A stretch of DNA of 45,436 bases, taken from a bacterium. Its GTDB lineage: Bacteria; Patescibacteriota; CPR2; UBA1875; CAIMLA01. The notes beneath the pieces were generated by a model. The model searched no databases and had not been told where the DNA came from. It saw only the letters and a list, made by a program, of their open reading frames with translations. The position numbers and the translations under genes were made by a program. The DNA lies in contig JBAXUE010000007.1 in assembly GCA_037129835.1 (NCBI GenBank), positions 1-45,436 of the forward strand. The letters are read 5' to 3'. Positions 42,564 to 45,436 of the stretch are shown here, one piece after another. The stretch's first letter is position 1. Every line of letters begins with the position of its first letter.

Positions 42564-42651
42564 TTACACCTCATAATTATTTGATTATATTGACCAGAAA
42601 CTTAAATTATGATAACATTTACAGCGTTGTAATGAAAGTCCGGAGACAATA

Positions 42652-42831
42652 ATGAGTATCGAATGTAATATTTGCGGGAAAAAACCAATAACTGGTAATA
42701 ACGTCAGCCATTCACATCGGAAAACACGCCGAAGATGGCTACCAAATTTGCAATGGTTTACTCCAGAAAATGCCGATCAAAGAGTAAAGGCTTGCACAAA
42801 ATGCATCAAAACAGCTAGCAAAGTAAGATAA
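42652..42831 (+). CDS. rpmB: 50S ribosomal protein L28 (absent from the track, 59 aa)
   Basis: GGAG Shine-Dalgarno, then ATG 42652. [34 protein letters not shown]... matches the L28 signature (C..CGK.P..GNNVSHS..KT.R...PNLQ). Confidence 0.85.
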   Translation: MSIECNICGKKPITGNNVSHSHRKTRRRWLPNLQWFTPENADQRVKACTKCIKTASKVR

Positions 42832-42832
42832 C

Positions 42833-42858
42833 AAAAAGACCCCAACGGGGTCTTTTTT
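42833..42858. terminator. Bidirectional rho-independent terminator
   Basis: aaaaaGACCCCaacGGGGTCtttttt lies between the rpmB stop and the stop of the convergent 42872-43510 gene. Confidence 0.7.
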
Positions 42859-42871
42859 AATCAGAGATAAT

Positions 42872-43510
42872 TTAATAATTTAAGACAACTACCTGAAGCT
42901 CTTCAGGAAGTTCCTTCTTAGTAAGTTTTAATTTTTCTAGATTTTCTGGCGTTAAGGCCATTTCGTGGATAAAATCAGACACGGGAGCAAGATTATCAGA
43001 AACTGCATCCGTATTACTGTAATGCATCGGTATAACTATTTTAGGTTCAATTTGGCTGATAACCTTGATTGCTTTCTTGGCGTCAATGGTGTAAAACCCA
43101 CCGACTGGAAGCATCAAAATATCAACGCCGTCCAAACAATCTAACTGTGGACCTGAAAGTTCACAACCAATATCGCTAAGATGTGCGATTTTAATACCAT
43201 CTACCTCGAAAGCGAACATGGTAATCTTACCACGCTCTTCCCCTTCTTTATCATCATGAAAACCCGACACTCCTACAAATTCAGATTCCTTTACTTCGTA
43301 TTCCCCTGGTGAGTCAAGAAGCAAATAATCGTCATTTTTTAAAACACTTAGGTTGTTGTGATCTTTATGATTGTGGGTCGATATTACAACATCCGCATCT
43401 TGCTTACCAAGCTTAATGCCAACCTGATCGGAATCAAAAGGGTCTATAAGAATAGATATTTTCTTTCCTATTACCTTAAAACATGAACGTCCTAAATAAT
43501 TAATTTCCAC
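42872..43510 (-). CDS. Metallo-beta-lactamase-fold metal-dependent hydrolase (UPF0173-like)
   Basis: MEINYLGRSCFKV start and an STHNHKDHNN metal-binding motif. Confidence 0.7.
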   Translation of the reverse strand: MEINYLGRSCFKVIGKKISILIDPFDSDQVGIKLGKQDADVVISTHNHKDHNNLSVLKNDDYLLLDSPGEYEVKESEFVGVSGFHDDKEGEERGKITMFAFEVDGIKIAHLSDIGCELSGPQLDCLDGVDILMLPVGGFYTIDAKKAIKVISQIEPKIVIPMHYSNTDAVSDNLAPVSDFIHEMALTPENLEKLKLTKKELPEELQVVVLNY

Positions 43511-44540
43511 GCGCTTCCTCCGTTTCTTTTATTTTTACAAATTCCTCAAGCAATATGCCGACAGCAGATGCGACTGGCACAGATATAAGTATACCAATAA
43601 TACCTAGTAAGTTACCACCAATTAAAATTGCCAGAATAACTACGATAGGATTTAGACCCAATGATTTCCTCATTACCTGAGGCACAATAATATGATTTTC
43701 AAGCTGTTGCACAAGAACAAACCAAGCGGCGACGATAATTGCAAGAAAAGGAGAAACTGTAAGAGCTACTGTAACCGCCAATATTCCTGCTATCCAAGGA
43801 CCGATGACGGGTAATACCTCTAAAATACCCGATATAATTGCGAGAGTTAGGGCGTATTTTACACCCAATATCGAAAGGCCAACCCAGTTTACAACAAATA
43901 TTATCAAACCTAGAAATACTTGACCTCGTAGCCAATAACTCATCTTTTGTGATATTTTTTTGTAAATGACCGTGGTTCTTTTTTGATGTTTCTTCGGGAC
44001 ATAAGCAATAATAATATTTTCTGGGCCTTTCTTCGAAAGTAAAAAGTAGAAACTAAGCACAAACACTAGGATAGTATCGATTAGACCGATGAAAACACCT
44101 TTGGCACTGGAAAATATACCGGAAAAGTTTGTGGTAGATATAGTGCTACCTATTTTGTCAAAAGCTGATAGCATATTTATCTTAATATTAGCGGCAACAG
44201 GACCAAAGTACCCCGATATGGTGTCTACATAACCTAGTCTATTCTGATATATACCACCGAGCTGATTAATTACAGGAGGAATTATTAAACGGAAAACCAA
44301 AACCATGACCGCGATAATTATTAGATAGATCAACGATATACTTAAAGCCCTTGGTATTTTACGTTTTTGTAATAAATCTACAAGAGGAGCTACCGCCATG
44401 GCAAGTATAAATGCAAGCAGAACAGAAACTAATATTTCCCGAATCTGAATTACCAACCACAAAGAGAGAATAATTCCCAATACCCAAAAAAGAGTATTGA
44501 AAGAAAATTCTATTGTAACTCGGTTGTCCTTAGAATCCAC
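43500..44540 (-). CDS. AI-2E family transporter (PerM/UPF0118)
   Basis: 346 aa, about 8 TM. GILEVLPVIGPWIAGI and the C-terminal LISVPVA are typical of the family. Confidence 0.75.
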   Translation of the reverse strand: MDSKDNRVTIEFSFNTLFWVLGIILSLWLVIQIREILVSVLLAFILAMAVAPLVDLLQKRKIPRALSISLIYLIIIAVMVLVFRLIIPPVINQLGGIYQNRLGYVDTISGYFGPVAANIKINMLSAFDKIGSTISTTNFSGIFSSAKGVFIGLIDTILVFVLSFYFLLSKKGPENIIIAYVPKKHQKRTTVIYKKISQKMSYWLRGQVFLGLIIFVVNWVGLSILGVKYALTLAIISGILEVLPVIGPWIAGILAVTVALTVSPFLAIIVAAWFVLVQQLENHIIVPQVMRKSLGLNPIVVILAILIGGNLLGIIGILISVPVASAVGILLEEFVKIKETEEARGN

Positions 44541-44542
44541 AG

Positions 44543-45124
44543 CTACTCGCTTTCTTCAGAAACCTTTAGATAATCTATAATGACCTTTTTGGGTCCATTC
44601 ATAATCTCAGTTAAGAAACGGTCAAAAAGCAGTGAGCGATCGTCAAATTCGGTCTCCGTCATGATGCAATAGTTTGCTTCACGTCCTATTTCCTGTTCTA
44701 GCTCAGATAGGGCAGGTTTTAACTTTCTCTTGTCTATTTCGCCTACAATAAAGAGGTCAACTTGGCCTGTAGCGTCTCCCACGATTGGTCCCAAAAGAGA
44801 AACGTATTGGACATTGCCAGCCCGGCGAATAGCAGCTGCTAATTTATCCTCAGTTCCCATCCCTTTTTGAGCTTTTTCAAATATTTTCTTAAGCTCATGA
44901 TAAAATTCGAACTTAGTATTGATCTCATAATAGAGCTTTCCCCTCTTTTCGTGTGACTTCACAAGACCAAGCGATTTAAGATTTAACAACTCTCTACGGA
45001 CTGAATTAATCTGCTCATCAATTTTTCGGGTCATCTCCCTAACATAGAAAGGATGGCCAGGGTTAGTAAGCAGTAGAGACAAAAGTTTTACCCTTGTCTT
45101 TGAACCAAATAGAGTTTCGTACAT
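44543..45124 (-). CDS. Winged-helix (ArsR/MarR-like) transcriptional regulator with a C-terminal nucleotidyltransferase-like domain
   Basis: GAGGTG Shine-Dalgarno 5 nt before ATG 45124. MYETLFGSKTRVKLLSLLLTNPGHPFYVREMTRKIDEQINSVRRELLNLKSLGLVK is a wHTH. The start was moved from 45136. Confidence 0.55.
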   Translation of the reverse strand: MYETLFGSKTRVKLLSLLLTNPGHPFYVREMTRKIDEQINSVRRELLNLKSLGLVKSHEKRGKLYYEINTKFEFYHELKKIFEKAQKGMGTEDKLAAAIRRAGNVQYVSLLGPIVGDATGQVDLFIVGEIDKRKLKPALSELEQEIGREANYCIMTETEFDDRSLLFDRFLTEIMNGPKKVIIDYLKVSEESE

Positions 45125-45343
45125 GATACACCTCAATTAATAACTGCATTATAAAATACTTATTCAACTATGTCTAGTACTTTGTGCTTATTTTGTACAA
45201 ACTAGTTATACAAAGGGATATTTTTGCGCACAAAGGGGCTGGTAATAATCTAACAAGGTTAAGATTCTGAAATTACTACGAGAAGGCATTAAGAGTAGTT
45301 CTCTATTCGGCAGTTGCCGAAATTCGAACAATAAAAGGGAGTG

Positions 45344-45365
45344 CCTGAGACTAATTCAGGATGAC
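45344..45365. repeat. Degenerate CCTGAA-hairpin element copy D
   Basis: CCTGAgactaatTCAGGATGAC. The 3' arm, taattcaggatgac, matches copy B (aaattcaggatgac) at 13 of 14 positions. Confidence 0.45.
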
Positions 45366-45436
45366 GATAAAGGAAACCCTCTACTGCCCCATAAACCTGC
45401 CACCCAGTTTCCCAAAGAACTGGTTGAGCCTCTGAG

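Noticed and set aside
45370-45436. G+C-richer terminal stretch, considered as the end of a 5S rRNA (CTCAGAGGCTCAAC resembles the CUCAGAAGUGAAAC of 5S) or as a partial minus-strand CDS.
   Set aside because: Beyond that 14-mer the helix IV/V and loop E sequences of 5S do not align. Only 26 codons are visible for the CDS option, too few to call. It is mentioned under the hairpin finding only.
1-45436. CRISPR arrays, IS transposases, integrases, rRNA operons and alternative genetic code (UGA recoding as in some CPR lineages).
   Set aside because: No direct-repeat/spacer periodicity was seen. There are no DDE, tyrosine or serine recombinase motifs in any ORF. Conserved genes (ABC ATPase, patatin and others) terminate properly at TGA with normal lengths, so the standard code fits.

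Overview
AT-rich bacterial chromosomal segment, roughly one-third G+C by eye. It uses the standard genetic code: TGA, TAA and TAG all close well-formed ORFs. Genes are small and tightly packed, often overlapping, and many encode membrane-anchored hypothetical proteins. The reduced-genome look suggests a Candidate Phyla Radiation/Patescibacteria-like organism, but that is a guess and cannot be proven from this window. Recognisable housekeeping genes: thrS, malic enzyme, ROK kinase, miaB, miaA, murT-gatD, comM/yifB-like ATPase, infC-rpmI-rplT, rpmB, RNase HI, two MacB/FtsX-type ABC pairs, two NUDIX hydrolases, a minimal K+ channel, GalT-like transferase, bactofilin, lipid kinase, patatin, an M50 protease and an AI-2E transporter. 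Features absent from the ORF track that I found by reading: RNase P RNA (minus, ~39059-39640) with a sigma70-like promoter, tRNA-Val(GAC), tRNA-Leu(CAG), tRNA-Pro(GGG), an orphan tRNA-Pro-like 5' half, rpmB (59 aa), a window-truncated acyltransferase_3 gene at 1-714, and an upstream non-canonical ATA start for infC. Most interesting observations: (1) a five-gene overlapping operon (12458-18342, minus). It splits a PEP-synthase/rifampin-phosphotransferase-type phosphorelay into a stand-alone ATP-grasp and two separate swivel phosphohistidine domains, one of them fused to a GHKL (Bergerat-fold) ATPase. (2) A GIY-YIG nuclease gene is bracketed by a perfect 28-nt inverted pair of a palindromic GTCATCCTGAA...TTCAGGATC hairpin element. 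Further copies of this element lie after tRNA-Val, near the window end and in frame inside miaB, which resembles a REP/RAYT arrangement. (3) RNase P RNA carries a ~190-nt AT-rich expansion of the helix I assign as P9. (4) Two G+C-rich islands carry a PAS-HD-GYP phosphodiesterase and a stand-alone HNH nuclease. No CRISPR array, rRNA, IS transposase or prophage structural gene was seen.
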